From Squalus acanthias (lineage: Eukaryota), in NCBI GenBank assembly GCA_030390025.1, contig CM059432.1, positions 30,444,001 to 30,508,000 of the forward strand: a stretch of 64,000 bases of DNA, read 5' to 3'. The notes below the pieces were generated by a model. It worked only from the letters and a program-made list of their open reading frames with translations, was not told the DNA's origin and did not search any database. Positions 50,597 through 63,414 of this stretch are shown here, piece after piece (position 1 is the first letter of the stretch; every line of letters starts with the position of its first letter). A program made the translations under genes and the position numbers.

Positions 50597-51679
50597 TATG
50601 TTTCTTTAGCTTGGTTACAGCTTGCACTACTCAGCACTAACTGCTGTAACAACGTAAATAGCACCTGATAAGGTCCAAAGTACAAAGTAGCTGACAGATA
50701 ACTCTTCACCTCCGCTGTAGTACAACCACCACCACCCCTTACGACTGTACCTCACTTATCACCATTTATTTTTCAGCTTTTTGACCACACCTACCAAAAA
50801 AATATTCTAAAATATCCAAAATCATCACACACTTCTGCAAAGGAATAGCTAAAGCTTGAGAAATGAATTCATTTTGTACATAGTTGTCGACATTTTAGCG
50901 TCAAATCTATTTGGTTAATATTTCAGTTATCTCTTCTGAACATCACGGGCGTTGCAAATGGAGAGGATAAAACTGCCCGACGCGTAGAGCGGGCAAATCG
51001 CGTTAGCACCAACGCTGTAAGTAGTGTTTACTAGAAATAAATTTAAAATAAAAGAAATAGCAGTGAGCGAATGGGGTCAGAGGAAAACAGGACAAGGAAA
51101 TATAAGCCTGAAATCTACTGTAGCTGATATTAGTGAATGAGATCTTAATGTGGTCTTGCTATTTAAAGCAAGCGTTAGACTATTTTTAAAATAAATGGGT
51201 CAGAATAGCAGGCAAAGGAATGACATACAAAAGCATTGTGTTCACCAACAGACATTTCCGGGCTGGACTGTTTACATTTAGGTTTAGTTAATGTAGCTTT
51301 GGCATGAATTCTGTAGCTTCGGGTTAATATTACAGTAATAAAGCTCACGCTGACACCTGGGCCTCGTGCGCTAAAGGTTACTAATTTGGCGATACCTGTT
51401 TGCGTCTGCAAGAAAGCTGCACATTAGGGTAAATTGTATGATTGGTGTAACACACGTGCATATCAGGAATTGGGCTGCAACTGTCATTAATGGATAGAAA
51501 ACTGGATCCATGACTTTGACATGTGAATTCCCAATATGTGTTGCCATCAAATGAAGCTCTGAAGCGCTAAATTGGAATATTTACTCTTCTGCCTGTTTTG
51601 CTTCGCATGCCTGGTTGAGTTTCAGTTTGGAATTAAAGAGATTCCAGCAAACTTTCTATGGCTGTGTCTCCTTTTGTGT

Positions 51680-52830
51680 TACGTCGGCAGTTCCCAATGA
51701 AAAGATCTAGAGAGGATAAGAGGCTAGAGGGAGAGGCCCAGGTGGATCGAGAATTCTGAAGACGGGAGAAAGGCTCCAATGTGCGGGGTGGGGGGAGACT
51801 CCTGGCCAAAGAAGTGGGCACGGAGGAGAAAGCGATGGAAGAAGAGCTCAGCATTGTTGCGAGATCGAAATTCAAGGTGGGGACATAAAGAGATGAAGCT
51901 GAGGCCTTTGCTGAGAACTGATCGTTCGGGGTCAGAGAGGGGAAGGTCAGAGAGGATAGTGAAAACACGGCAAAGGGTGAGATTGGAAGGAGGGATGGGG
52001 TCAGAGAAAGTGAAGGGGAAGAAAGATTTGGAGGGGGGCGTTGGTATTCACGAGTTGTTGAAGCTCGCGGTCCTTGACACCTGAAAGGAAGTAAAACATT
52101 TTTTTGTCAAAGCTCCAGATGAGGCGAAGGATGAAATGGCACTGCGGACCAGGGCAGCTTTGAGATAGAGTGAGTCTATGGGGCATAAATTTAAAGTAAT
52201 TGGTAGGAGGTTTAATGGGGATTTGAGGAGAAATTTTTTCACCCAGAGGGTGGTGGGGTTCTGGAACTCACTGCCTGAAAGGGTGGTAGAGGCAGAAACC
52301 CTCATCACATTTAAAAAGTACTTCGATATGCACTTGAAGTGCCGTAACCTACAAAGCTACGGACCAAGTGCTGGAAAGTGGGATTAGGGGATAGCTCTTT
52401 TTCGGCCGGCACGGACAAGATGGGCCAAATAGCCTCCTTCTGTGCTGTAAATTTCTATGATTCTATGAGTCGGTGCTGCAGAAGAGAGCAGTCAAGAGTG
52501 TGTATGTGGCAGACCATAGCATTGAGCATGGATCTTACGAAGCGGCGAGAGCAGTGGTTCGAGGAACGCTGAATATCATGCAGAGATATCTGTAATCATG
52601 GGTGGATCCGAAATACGAAGGGTAGAATTTTGGTTGGAATCCATGTGAAATAAGTCGGAGCCGGGGACAGTTGCTGGGGAAAGAGATGTGGCTGTGAAAG
52701 CAAGTTTTGGTAGATAACTGATCAAACACAAGAAAGGAAACAATGAAGGTGAACAAGGTAAAAGAGACAAACGGAAATCCCGTCGGAGAGAGGAGCAGAA
52801 CTTCTTCAAGGTGGGCATTCCTGGAAGAGA
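51680..52830 (-). mobile_element. Penelope-like element ORF N-terminal fragment
   Basis: HSHISF.S.C.RLRLI.HGFQ.KF; VFTI.SDLPLSD.ERSVLSKGLSF; ELFF.R..LRAHFFGQE; LDLFI.NCRR. The L.KGL.F motif precedes the RT in Penelope-like elements. Confidence 0.75.
52176..52467 (+). mobile_element. CR1 3' fragment nested in the Penelope ORF
   Basis: GHKFKVIGRRF...FFTQRVV.FWNSLP; TGAGTC on both flanks. Confidence 0.9.
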
Positions 52831-53499
52831 AGTGGCAGTGAATTAAACTGTTTTGAACAGGTAACACTTCCCTTAAAATAGCGGACAGAGAATGTCAGAC
52901 ATGTGCATTGAGTGTTTGGCTGCTATTACCGCAGATATTTCTGGCTCCTTTTTCAACCCATTCCTTTGCCGTTCACCAGCTTTCCATCTTTTTTTCTGAC
53001 TAGGTCTTTCCTGTACAATACAAGAGTTCATGGCTATGGGAACTCCGCATCAAGAAAGTAATTTCTTGGCATCAGTGTTCAGAGCATTGGCTTCAGCAGT
53101 AAATACATTGCCTCATTTGCCCTGACAATTCATGAGCTTAGTATAAATCTGACTGCTCCGTGAAATTTGGCCCTCGTTCTGTAACAACAGACTTAGTACG
53201 AGCTGATTGTTGAACTATTTAGAGCAACATTGGATTGTTCTTTATCCCCCTTCTGAAGCTTCTATTTATCAAAATGTTGACACACAAGTGCTTAGGAAGC
53301 CTTTATGGGGCTTCAACATTTGCATCAGACAAAACTCGTAAACTCTTTTTTTGGAAGATGCTAGGGCTAAGGGATCACACAGTGTTAGCAGATTTGTTCC
53401 ATATATTTTATGTGTATTACTTCAGTTCTAGGCTTTATAATAATAAATTTTCATTTTTGGCTTGGTCTGGCGAAGTTAATCACTTCAGCCAGACCAAGT

Positions 53500-55649
53500 C
53501 ATTAATAGATATGAAGAAAAGCAATGGTTCTAGAACCGACCCCTGGGGAACACCACTGTATACCTTCCTCCAGTCTAAAAAACAACCATTCACCACTACT
53601 CTGTTTCCGGTCACTTAGCTAATTTCATAACCATGCAGCCACTGTCCCTTTTATTGAATGGGCTTCAACTTTGCTGGCAAGCCTATTATGTGGCACTTTG
53701 TTGAACGCCTTCTGGAGACCATGTACACCATGTCAACCACATTGGCCTCATCAACCCTCTCTGTTACCTCATCAAAAAACGCAATCAAGTTGGTTAAACA
53801 CGATTTGCCTTTAACAAATCCGTGGTGGCTTTCCTTAATTAATCCACACTTGTCCAAGTGACTGTTAATTTTGTCCCTGATTTTTGTTTCTAAAAGCTTC
53901 CCCACTGCCGAGGTTAAACTGACTGGCCTATAGTTGCTGGGTTTATCTTTATATCTTTTTTTGAAAAAGGGTGTAACATTTACAATTCACCAGTCCTCTG
54001 ACACCACCCCTGTTTCTAAGGAGGATTGGAAGATTATGGCACGTACCTCCGCGTCTTCCTTCACTTCCCTCAGCATCCTAGGATGCATCCCATCCAGTCC
54101 TGGTGACTTATCTACTTTAAGTACAGCCAGCCTTTCTTGTACCTCATTGGCTGTAAAGTGCTTTGGGATGTCTGGTGGTAGTGAAAGGTGCTGTATAAAT
54201 GCAAGTCTTTCTTTTCTTTTTATCTTGTCTTTATCAATTTTTATCCCATCCAGTATCTCCTCTACCTCCTCCTTCACTATGTCTATGGAGCATCTTCTTC
54301 CTTAGTGAAGACAGATGCAAAGTACACATTTAGTACCTCAGCCATCATACCCTCTGCCTCCTTGTGTAGGTCTCCTTTTTGGTCCCTAATCGGCCCCACC
54401 ACTCCTCTTACTACCCGTTAACTATTTATATGCCTATAGAAGACTTTTGGATTACCTTTTATGTGAGCTGACATTCTATTCTCATACCCTTTCTTTACCC
54501 CTCTTATTTTCTTTTTCACTTCTCCTCTGAAGTTTCTATATTTAGCCTGATTCTCAGATGTATTCTCGACCTGACATCTGTCATACGTGCTCTTTTTCCG
54601 CTTCATCTTACTCTCTACCTCTTTCATAATCCAGGGCACTCTGACTTTAGTTGCCCTACCTTTCCCCCTAGTGGGAATGTACCTCGACTGTACCCAAACT
54701 ATTTCCTCTTTAAAGGCATCCCATTGCTCCACTACAGTTTTGCCTGTCAATCTTTGATTCCAATTTACCTGGGCCAGAATACTGGTTGGAGAGCGAGATG
54801 CACTCAGGGGACTCCTGCACTACCTGCCTGATCCTCCTCTTCTGTCTGGTGATCACACATTCCCTCTCTGCCTGCGCACTCCTTAGCTGCAGGGTGACCA
54901 CCTCCTGAAACGTGCTATCCACATAGCTCTCAGCCTCACGGATGCACCGCAGTGACGCCAGCTGCTGTTCAAGCTCTGAAACCCGGCACTCGAGCTCCTC
55001 CGGCTGACGACACATCCTGCACACCTCCTGCCTTCTAGTCACAAAAACACCCGTTGACCATTACCATTTGCGTCCTGCCACTGCCATGTGGGACCTTGTG
55101 GGACCTTGTCAAAGGCCTTGCTAAAATCCATGTAGACTACATCAAATCTGCTACCATCATCGACCCTCCTTGTTACTTCCTCAAAAAATTCAAGTTAGTC
55201 AGACACGACCTTCCCTTAACAAATCCATGCTGACTGACCTTGATTAATCCGTGCCTTTCTAAATGATGATTAATACTGTCCCTCAGAATTTTTTCCAATA
55301 ACTTGCCCACCATTGAGGTTTGGCCGACTGGCCTGTAATTACTCGGTCGATCCCTTTCTCCCTTTTTAATCAACGGTACAACATTAGCAGTCCTCTAATC
55401 CTCTGGCACCACACCTGTAGCCAGAGAGCATTGGAAAATGATGGTCAGAGCCTTTGTTATTTCCTCCCTTGCTTCTCTTAACAGCCTGGGATACATTTCA
55501 TCTGGGCCTGGTGATTTATCTACTTTCAAAGATGCTGAACCCCTTTATATTTCCTCTCGAACTATGTATATCTCATCCAATATTTCACACTCGTCCTCCT
55601 TAACTACAATGTCTGCATCGTCCCTCTCTTTTGAGAAGACAGACACAAG
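53500..55649 (-). mobile_element. mosaic of CR1 fragments (ORF2 pieces, ORF1 N-terminus at 54780-55030, DeuSINE tail at 54139-54221)
   Basis: HHGFVKGKSCLTNL; KSPGLDGMHPRMLRE; CRMC..LECRVSELEQQL..LR.IREAESYVD; NYRPV. Confidence 0.85.
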
Positions 55650-57065
55650 GGGCTGGATTTTACTTACCGAGACGGGTTGGGGGCGGGACTGCTGCCTTCT
55701 GGGTTCTAGTCCCGCCCCCAGCGACGTCTGATGAACTGCCGCTATTTTGCCCTGATTGGCCTTGTTAAGCCCGCCCTGCAGGCTTGCTGGCCAATTAAGG
55801 GAAAGCCGGTGTCAGATGACGTCAGTTGATGATGCTTCATCTGCCGGTTTTCTTAAAGGCAAATGCACCACATTTGTTTGACAGATGATTTGACAGTGTT
55901 TGACAGCATTGAGGTGCTGTCAAACACTGATAATCACTGTCTAAAGGTGAGCCCTTGCATCCAATCTCTCCAATTACTCTCTCCTTAGTATAAAACAGAT
56001 GGCAGCTACAGCTGAGATTGCAGAAGCCATCTGACACTTCTCCCGATGAGATGAGGCTACACAAACACTTCACAGCTTGTCACCTGCAGAAACATCTAAA
56101 CACATTAAACATTACTTTCCTAACATTTCATAAGAACATAAGAACATAAGAAATAGGAGCAGGTATAGGCCACTTGGCCCCTCGAGCCTGCTCCGCCATT
56201 CATTAAGATCATGGCTGATCTTGGGCTCAAAGCCACTTCCCTGCCTGCTCCCTATAACCCTTCACTCCCTTATCTTGCAAAAATCTATCTATCTCCAGCT
56301 TAAATGTATTTAATGACCCAACCTCCACAGCTCTCTGCGGCAGAGAATTCCACAGATTTACGACCCTCTGAGAGAAGAAATTCCTCCTCACCTCAGTTCT
56401 AAAAGGGCAACCCTTTATTCTGAAACTATGCCCCCGAGTTCTAGATTTCCCCACGAGGGGAAACATCCTCTCTGCATCTACCTTATCGAGCCCCCTCGGT
56501 ATCTTATATGTTTCAATAAGATCACCTCTCATTCTTCTAAATTCCAATGAGTATTGGCCCAACCTGCTCAACCTTTCCTCATAAGTCAACCCCCTCATCA
56601 CTGGAATTAACCTAGTGAATCATCTCTGAACTGCCTCCAATGCAAGTATATCCTTCCTTAAATAAGGAGACCAAAACTGTACGCAGTACTCAAGGTGTGG
56701 TCTCACCAATACCCTGTACAGTTGTAGCAGGACTTCCCTGCTTTTATACTCCAACCCCCTTGGAATAAAGGCCAACATTCCATTTGCCTTTTTGATTACT
56801 TGCTGTACCTGCATGCTAACTTTTTGTGTTTCAGGCACATGGACCTTCAGGTCCCTCCGAACTGTAGCATTTTGTCATTTCCTTACCTCTGATACTAACT
56901 ATTGCCACTTTGCATCCTTCACACCAATTCTGCAGCTGTCATCCAAACACCAACAGCACAACAGACTCACAGCACGCCTCACTTACCCTGACGGGGTTCC
57001 CTGATGTCGCGAAGCCCGCAGCAGAAGGCTCAAAATGGGGAAAAGCCTCTTAACTGCCTGTTAAC
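55650..57065 (+). mobile_element. Harbinger-type MITE split by a CR1 insertion, right end missing
   Basis: Left TIR GGGCTGGATTTT, TGACGTCA and TGACAG arrays; sequence resumes after 56873. Confidence 0.75.
56129..56873 (-). mobile_element. CR1 3' fragment
   Basis: (CATAAGAA)n tail; [28 protein letters not shown]. Confidence 0.92.
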
Positions 57066-57074
57066 ATCTCTCAG

Positions 57075-57862
57075 CATCTACCCCGTTTTAGTCCCATCTC
57101 CATTGACTTGTGGCCAACCCACGCTATTTTCCCTTGATTGACGTTGTTAAGCCCGCCCAGCGGACTTAGCAGGCCAATTAATGGGAAGCCGGTTACAGAG
57201 AACGTCAGTGTATGACGTTTCATCTGTCAAAAATTTTTGACAGATGAATTGTCATCATTTGACAGCTTTGAGAAGCTGTCAAACACTGACATTCTCTGTT
57301 GTTTCGTGAGTTCTTGTACTCAAGGCTCACCAAACCTATTTTGTGAGCAGAAAGCAGATGGCTGTTGCATCGGAGAATGCAGCAGCCATCTGTCATCTCT
57401 GCCATTGAGATGCCGGAGCCTCTGCAACCCCAATGATTGAAGCCTGCAGGAAGAAACAAAGGTAAGAAAATGTTTTCTATCACTTTTCACTCACCTCACA
57501 CACTTACCTCTCCACACTTGCACCCATCACTCACCACCACAACGCACTTTTGCACCCCTCCGACCCCCGTAAACCCACTGCTCACCTCAGTGACCCTGGC
57601 GGGGTTTCCTGACGTTGGGAAGCCCGTACCTCTGCTGGAAAAATGGGGATAATCCTCTTAAATGCCTGTTAACTGCCTGTTAACAGGCAGTTAAGTGGCT
57701 GTAACCCGCTTCCCGCCTCCAGGAGACGGGACCCGGCGGGGGTCGGGTACCTGCCTCCTTCGAAGATGGCACGGAGGTGGGTTGGGGGCGGGATGGGTAC
57801 CCCCCCCCGATTCTGCCATGTTCCCGGCAGTCCCACTTCCAAACCCACCTCCCCCTTTCCCT
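57075..57862 (+). mobile_element. Harbinger-type MITE, 46086 family, termini eroded
   Basis: Colinear with 46145-46885. Confidence 0.88.
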
Positions 57863-57899
57863 GGCTTGTTGAGCCATTTGTGTTAGTGCTGAAGCACTT

Positions 57900-58294
57900 T
57901 TACCATTTTTTTATGTGCAGAAGGCAGTTCAGCTTTAAGAGCTGAAGACTGCTGTTTTGGAATTATTTTTAATATTTTATTTTTAAATAATTTTTATTTT
58001 TTTGTTTTAGAAGGCAGTTCCCCTTTAAGGGCTCGAGACTGCTTTCTAAAATAACAGCCTAGCTTTAAGAAAACGTTGCCTCACTCCAGGAATGCAACAG
58101 TCATGCTACATTGGGCCTCCTGCTGAGCGCACCACCTGAAACAGCGCGTTGCACGGTAGGTTCTGCGCTGCAATCATTTAAATCAGCAGGCAGCATCAAA
58201 ATAATGGCGCTGCCTGCGCTCTTTTTACGGGCGCGAGTTAACCTCACCCCGAGGTGGCACTGCCCTTTTTCACACATTATCGGACTTCTAGGCC
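57900..58294. mobile_element. Harbinger right-end fragment related to Harbinger 1
   Basis: GGGCCTCCTGCTGAGCG...CAATCATTTAAATCAGCAGGCAG...GCTGCCTGC parallels 3564-3660; ends ACTTCTAGGCC. Confidence 0.65.
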
Positions 58295-59871
58295 ATTGAC
58301 CCTTGAAAGGAAGTGACTGAGACTAGACTTTCTAGTGGTATATGAGAGAGTAAATAGTATAGAAATGGTAAATCTGGAGTATTATTTCAAGTTAAACCAT
58401 GTTAGTAGGACAAGGGGACACAGGTTCAAACTATTAAAAGGCAAATTTAGGATTGATGCCAACAATTTCTTCTTCATACAAAGAGCAACCAACACATGAG
58501 TAGCACAGTGGAGGTATTAACTCTGGAATCATTGAAGAAGCAACTGGGTGTTGTGATGAGGAAGATTATAGGTTCCAGATGGATGAGCTACAAAGACAAA
58601 ATAGCCGTCCTTGTCTGGATCTATCTTGTGATCTTGTGAAAAGAAGAATGATCGATGAGTATGATCCTTTAGCCACTGTGCAGTTTTTACTGGCAACCTG
58701 GTTGACAAATCTATCTTTTATGCTCTTCACTCAACCATGTTGAATGCCCATGGCCATTTGGTCACCGCCAATGATAATGGAGATATTCCTCTCTTTGAAA
58801 TAACAAAGATGCTGTAAATTTAAACTACGTCAATAAAGAGACGAAATAGCCCAGATGCTTTCAATTTTCAATTAATACAGTCAATCAATTTTTGTGATCA
58901 TGATGAAGGAATGCAACATTTCTCGTAGTTGGCTCTAAAACAGAAATGGCAGAAGCCTAAATAAAAATGTTGCCTTCATGTTCTCTCAGCTGATGAAGGA
59001 TATTTGAGAAAGGAGAGAATTAATTAAAATGAAGTAGAATAACAAATATTATAGAAAATAAAATGACTGTAATGATTGCAGTTTAACAGAAGCAGTGAAG
59101 ACCCTATTAACTTCATACCAATATTAATTCCAAACATTTATTTTAATAACATTTTATCATATTACAAAAACATGTTTGCTAGAAACTGGTATGTAATCTG
59201 CACTCGACAACATTTATGATTCTAAAATCCTGAAATCTACAGCTGGAATAATATTGAACTGAATGTGGGCCACTTTGAAAGTGAGACCATCCAGCATGTG
59301 CTTGCAATATGGAGAAGTAACTGTTCCAAGAGACTGATTTATCTGTTAAATGTTTACTTGTTCAACTGTACTGGTTTGAACGTGGTACCATTGGGTAGTT
59401 GGATTATTTTGGCCTGGTAAAACATGGAACTGCAGCATAACAACAGCAGGACTATCTCCACCAATATTGTTCATTGTGTCCTCACCTCTATTTATGCTGC
59501 TACTTCCACAACTGGTGTGACTGTCCATTGAACCTCCATTTGATTCTGATTAAATTGATATTTATTGTTCTGTTTAAATTTATGTAGGAATATAAGAATG
59601 CACAGGACTGGAAAAGATCATTTTTGTCCATCTGGCCAGCTCCAGAGTTCAAATGGAATGCTGTGTTCACAACCTCAATCCCATAATTGATTTTCTTGTG
59701 TCCCGACTCTTCCTTAAAGTTCTTGATGCTGTTAGCCTCGATCGCGTCCCTGGACAGTATACCCCAAGCATTTAACACCGCTACTTCAAGTATTTGACCT
59801 GACCATCACCTTTCCGCTTCAGAATTGCTCTTTTGTGGTGTTGTGGATGCACATTAATAAACAAAAATTAT

Positions 59872-60614
59872 GGCCCAAAAATTCATCCCGGTGCGCGAGA
59901 GTACGCACTGCGTACTCTCGCGTATTCCCTCTGCAATTGCCGGTTTTCTGCATGCCCTGCGCATGCGCTGAAAACCGGCAATTGCTCTTTTGAAAAGGGG
60001 GCGGTTCCTCGGTGCATCGCGTGCGCGCTACAGGCTGCGCGCACGCTGTGCACTTCATGCTTTGGACGCGCAGGTAAGTACTGAAGATTTTAGAAATGTA
60101 AAAAGGAAGAGTAAGACCCACTTTTAACAAGGTAAGTAGTGAATTAAGTATTTTTTTGAATTTTTTTTACAGGTATATCTTTTTTAGAGACTTTAAAGAC
60201 AGGTAAGTTTATTTTTATAACTTTTTAAAAGATTTTAAATTTTTTCAAAAATTTAATTTTTTATTTAAAATGGTTAATTTATTTAACTATACTTATTTTA
60301 TTAATGTGATGGTTTTTAAAAAAAATTTAATTGAGGTTTAGCTGTTATTTTGGGGGGGTGTAAGATTCATAGATTTCACAGCCGTGCTGTGAAACTTATG
60401 AATGGAAGATGGTGTGCTGCCATTGGCTCTAACTGAGTCACGTGATCCCACAGCTCGCACGAATTCACTACGCCGGTGGGATACGCAAGCACTGCCCGGC
60501 TGATGTCTGGAACATCAAGTTCGTGCGAGCTGGATCTGAAAAAGCACAAGCGAGGTGAGAGATCGCGGGGAAGGCTTACCCCCGCGGGAACAGAGCGAGA
60601 TCAATTTCTGGGCC
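59872..60614. mobile_element. Harbinger-type MITE (743 bp) with AT-rich core
   Basis: TIR GGCCCAAAAATT / AATTTCTGGGCC; perfect TAT TSD. Confidence 0.92.
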
Positions 60615-60619
60615 TATGT

Positions 60620-60845
60620 TTTTCTTTTCCTAACAGTCTCTTCTGCTTGTCTCTCACTTTCTAACTCATTTTGTCTCGCTCTCTCCTGTTGGTCTTTGAC
60701 TCTTTCTATCTCCTCTCTATCTCTCATACTTTCTCTTGTTGCTTTCTCTGTATCTCTGCAGTTGTCTACAACTCTTTTCTCTCTCCTTGTCTCTGTCTCC
60801 TCTCTTCTATAACTCATTTGTCTCAAATAATCTCTTCTCTCTGCT
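60620..60845 (+). repeat. (TC)-rich low-complexity pyrimidine tract
   Basis: Degenerate TCTC repeats. Confidence 0.8.
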
Positions 60846-60961
60846 TGTGCTAAGCTCCATCTAATTTTCAGGTAAAATTTAAAGAAACTGCAATACTTGC
60901 ATTTATATAGCACCTTGTCATATCTTTCAGTGCTTCACATAGATTGAAATAAAGTACCTGC

Positions 60962-61421
60962 TAAAGAAAGAACTTGCATTTATATAGCACCTTTCATGAT
61001 CTCAGGATGTCCCAAAGCGCTTTACAGCCAGTGAAGTGCTTTTGAAGTGTAGTCATTGTTGTAATGTAGGAAACACAGCAGCCAATTTGCTCACAGCAAG
61101 CTCCCACAAACAGCAATGAACTAAATGACCAGATAATCTGTTTAGTGATGTTGGTTGAGAGATAAATATTGGCCAGAACACCAGGGAGAACTCCCCTGCT
61201 TTTCTTCGAAATAGTGCCATGGGATCTTTTACATCCACCTAAGAGGGCAGATGGAGCCTTGGTTTATCGTCTCATCCGAAAGGTGGCGCCTCCGACAATG
61301 CAGCACTCTCTCAGTACTGCACTGGAGTATCAGCCTAGATTTTGCGCTCAAGTGTCTGGAGTGGGACTTGAACTGAAAACTGTCTGACGCAGAGGCGAGT
61401 GTGCTACCTAGCACTGAGCCA
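60962..61421 (-). mobile_element. DeuSINE (SacSINE1-like), near full length
   Basis: Tail, Deu core and tRNA head all present. Confidence 0.92.
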
Positions 61422-62057
61422 CGAATGACACCTGCTGTTATGTAAGCAGTCATGTAACAGCCATTTTGCATTCGGGAAGGTCCAACAAACAATAATGCGC
61501 TGAATAACCGGTTAATCGTTTTAAATTTTAGGTGGCACTGATTGAGGGAGGAATGCTGGCCAGAACAATAGAATAATTCTTTGCTCTTCTACTTATAGGG
61601 GGCCATTTCTGTGGGGTTCTGTCCAGCCGTAACTTCAGCCGTAACTGAGACAGCATTAGTGACTGTCTTTAGCAGGAGATCAGGAAAAGTCCACGGAAGT
61701 TCGAGGCAATAGTGCTGGTCAATCTCACCAATTTCTATTAATCTCGGACACTGACCCTAACTGAAAAATTATACTCAGCAAGCCAATTAATCCATGGCAT
61801 AGCTGATCTGCCTCTGCAACCTCTTTTATATCTTTTGTCTGTTAACCTTATTTAATGAACAACATTTAAGTTTACATGCTGCTTATGATGATTCTGAGCT
61901 GAATAAACAATGGTTGCCTTGCTGTTTCTTTGATGAGTTGGGGTTAATTCATTCACTCAGTGTATCCTGTTGGGAGGTTCGTATTGTAAGTGCTAATATA
62001 ATCTGAACTGGTTGATGTCAGTAAGACTTGCAATGCAGCTTGTCAAATTTAGGGTTT

Positions 62058-62250
62058 TCAGATAAAAAGAGTTAATGCTGGAAATGCTCAGCAGATCAGG
62101 TAGTATCGGTGAAGAGAATAAGGTAGGGTTAACGTTTCAGGTCGATAAAGTGTTAATTCTGTTTCAGATGCTGCCTGACCTGCTGAGTGTTTCCAGTATT
62201 TTACTGTTGTTATTTCAGATTTTCGGCATTTGCAGTGTTTTGCTTTTGTT
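62058..62250. mobile_element. older Penelope-type terminal repeat in inverted arrangement
   Basis: ATGCTGGAAATGCTCAGCAG..CAGG arm and GATGCTGCCTGACCTGCTGAG..TTTCCAG arm; same family as 63651-63842. Confidence 0.75.
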
Positions 62251-63414
62251 TTAGGCTCGTTAAACCCAGACAGTTCTTTGCTGGGAAGTTAAGGCAAAGG
62301 GTTACGGATTTATCTGGTGACCTTGATAAATATTCTTGTCATGGTACCAATCCGAGTGTTCTTAAAATCAAGGGCTGTAGTCACGTCTGCAGAGCTTCCA
62401 CTCTCAGTAATAATAATCCCAGCGCTCAGAAATAATTGCGCTTGATATTAGCTTCCAAAAGTGTTATTTGAATGGCTTCATGCCTCAATTAAAATAGCAG
62501 ACAATGTAATGTCATGCAAACATGTTTAGCATTTGGATGCTAACATTGCACATAGTAATTTTTTGACTACATAATAAGAAGTGAATAATGAATCATCTCC
62601 AAAATCTTCACATTCAGTTGTAGTCTATTGCCACTTACTAAATGTCATGATCAAATCCCAAGAACAAAATAAAAAACAAACTGGCAGTGGTAGGGGGTGA
62701 GGAGGCTTGATAGATGTTTAAGATTTTCCTGGAGAATTTGGATCTAGGACAGTCAGGGAACAGGATTCAAGGCAATAGGATACAGTTTAAAGTTAAAGGG
62801 ATATAATTTTGTATTGGGTGTGAGCGCAAAATGGGCGATAGCGAATCGGCAGTCTGTTACACGCTCCGCCTGATTTTTGTTTCCATTGAAGTCAATTCAT
62901 TATCGCTCTTTTTTCCCTAAGTTGTCAAAAGGAAAATATGAAATTTATGCAACATTTTTTTAGTAAGAGAGTGATAGAGTTGCAGAACAGGTTATTAGCG
63001 AGAGTGCAGGAACAGAAAACCATGGTAGGTTTTATAAACAGACCAGGTGAATTTCAATTAGGAAAAAAGATACTGGGCTATTTGTTCTGGAATCAGTAAT
63101 GAAACTGATGGGACCTTTAGAAGGGTAGGCCAGATAGGTTGATGATCTACTCTTGCCCAAATAATTACAAGTTCCAATCTATTTGGAAGTGAATAGAAGG
63201 CAGTAATGAACCATAAATTAATGGGATATTGTCTGGTTTTATTTTCACATACCTTTTACCACCTTTAACTTCTATATATAAACCACCCAAACCCTTCGAT
63301 TAAATTCCAGCCTGTAACTCATTCCCAGGTGTCTATTGTTCTATATATAATCCATCCATCTCTGTTATATATAATCTTTCTTTCTTTAATATAGTCTTTC
63401 TTTCTTTATATAAA

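Noticed and set aside
59487..59546. Small minus-strand coding exon (SNGGSMDSHTSCGSSSINR)
   Set aside because: Donor is plausible but the acceptor is weak and the peptide is unrecognisable.
60614..60913. Arg/Glu-rich 99-aa ORF
   Set aside because: Translation of a TC/GA low-complexity tract.
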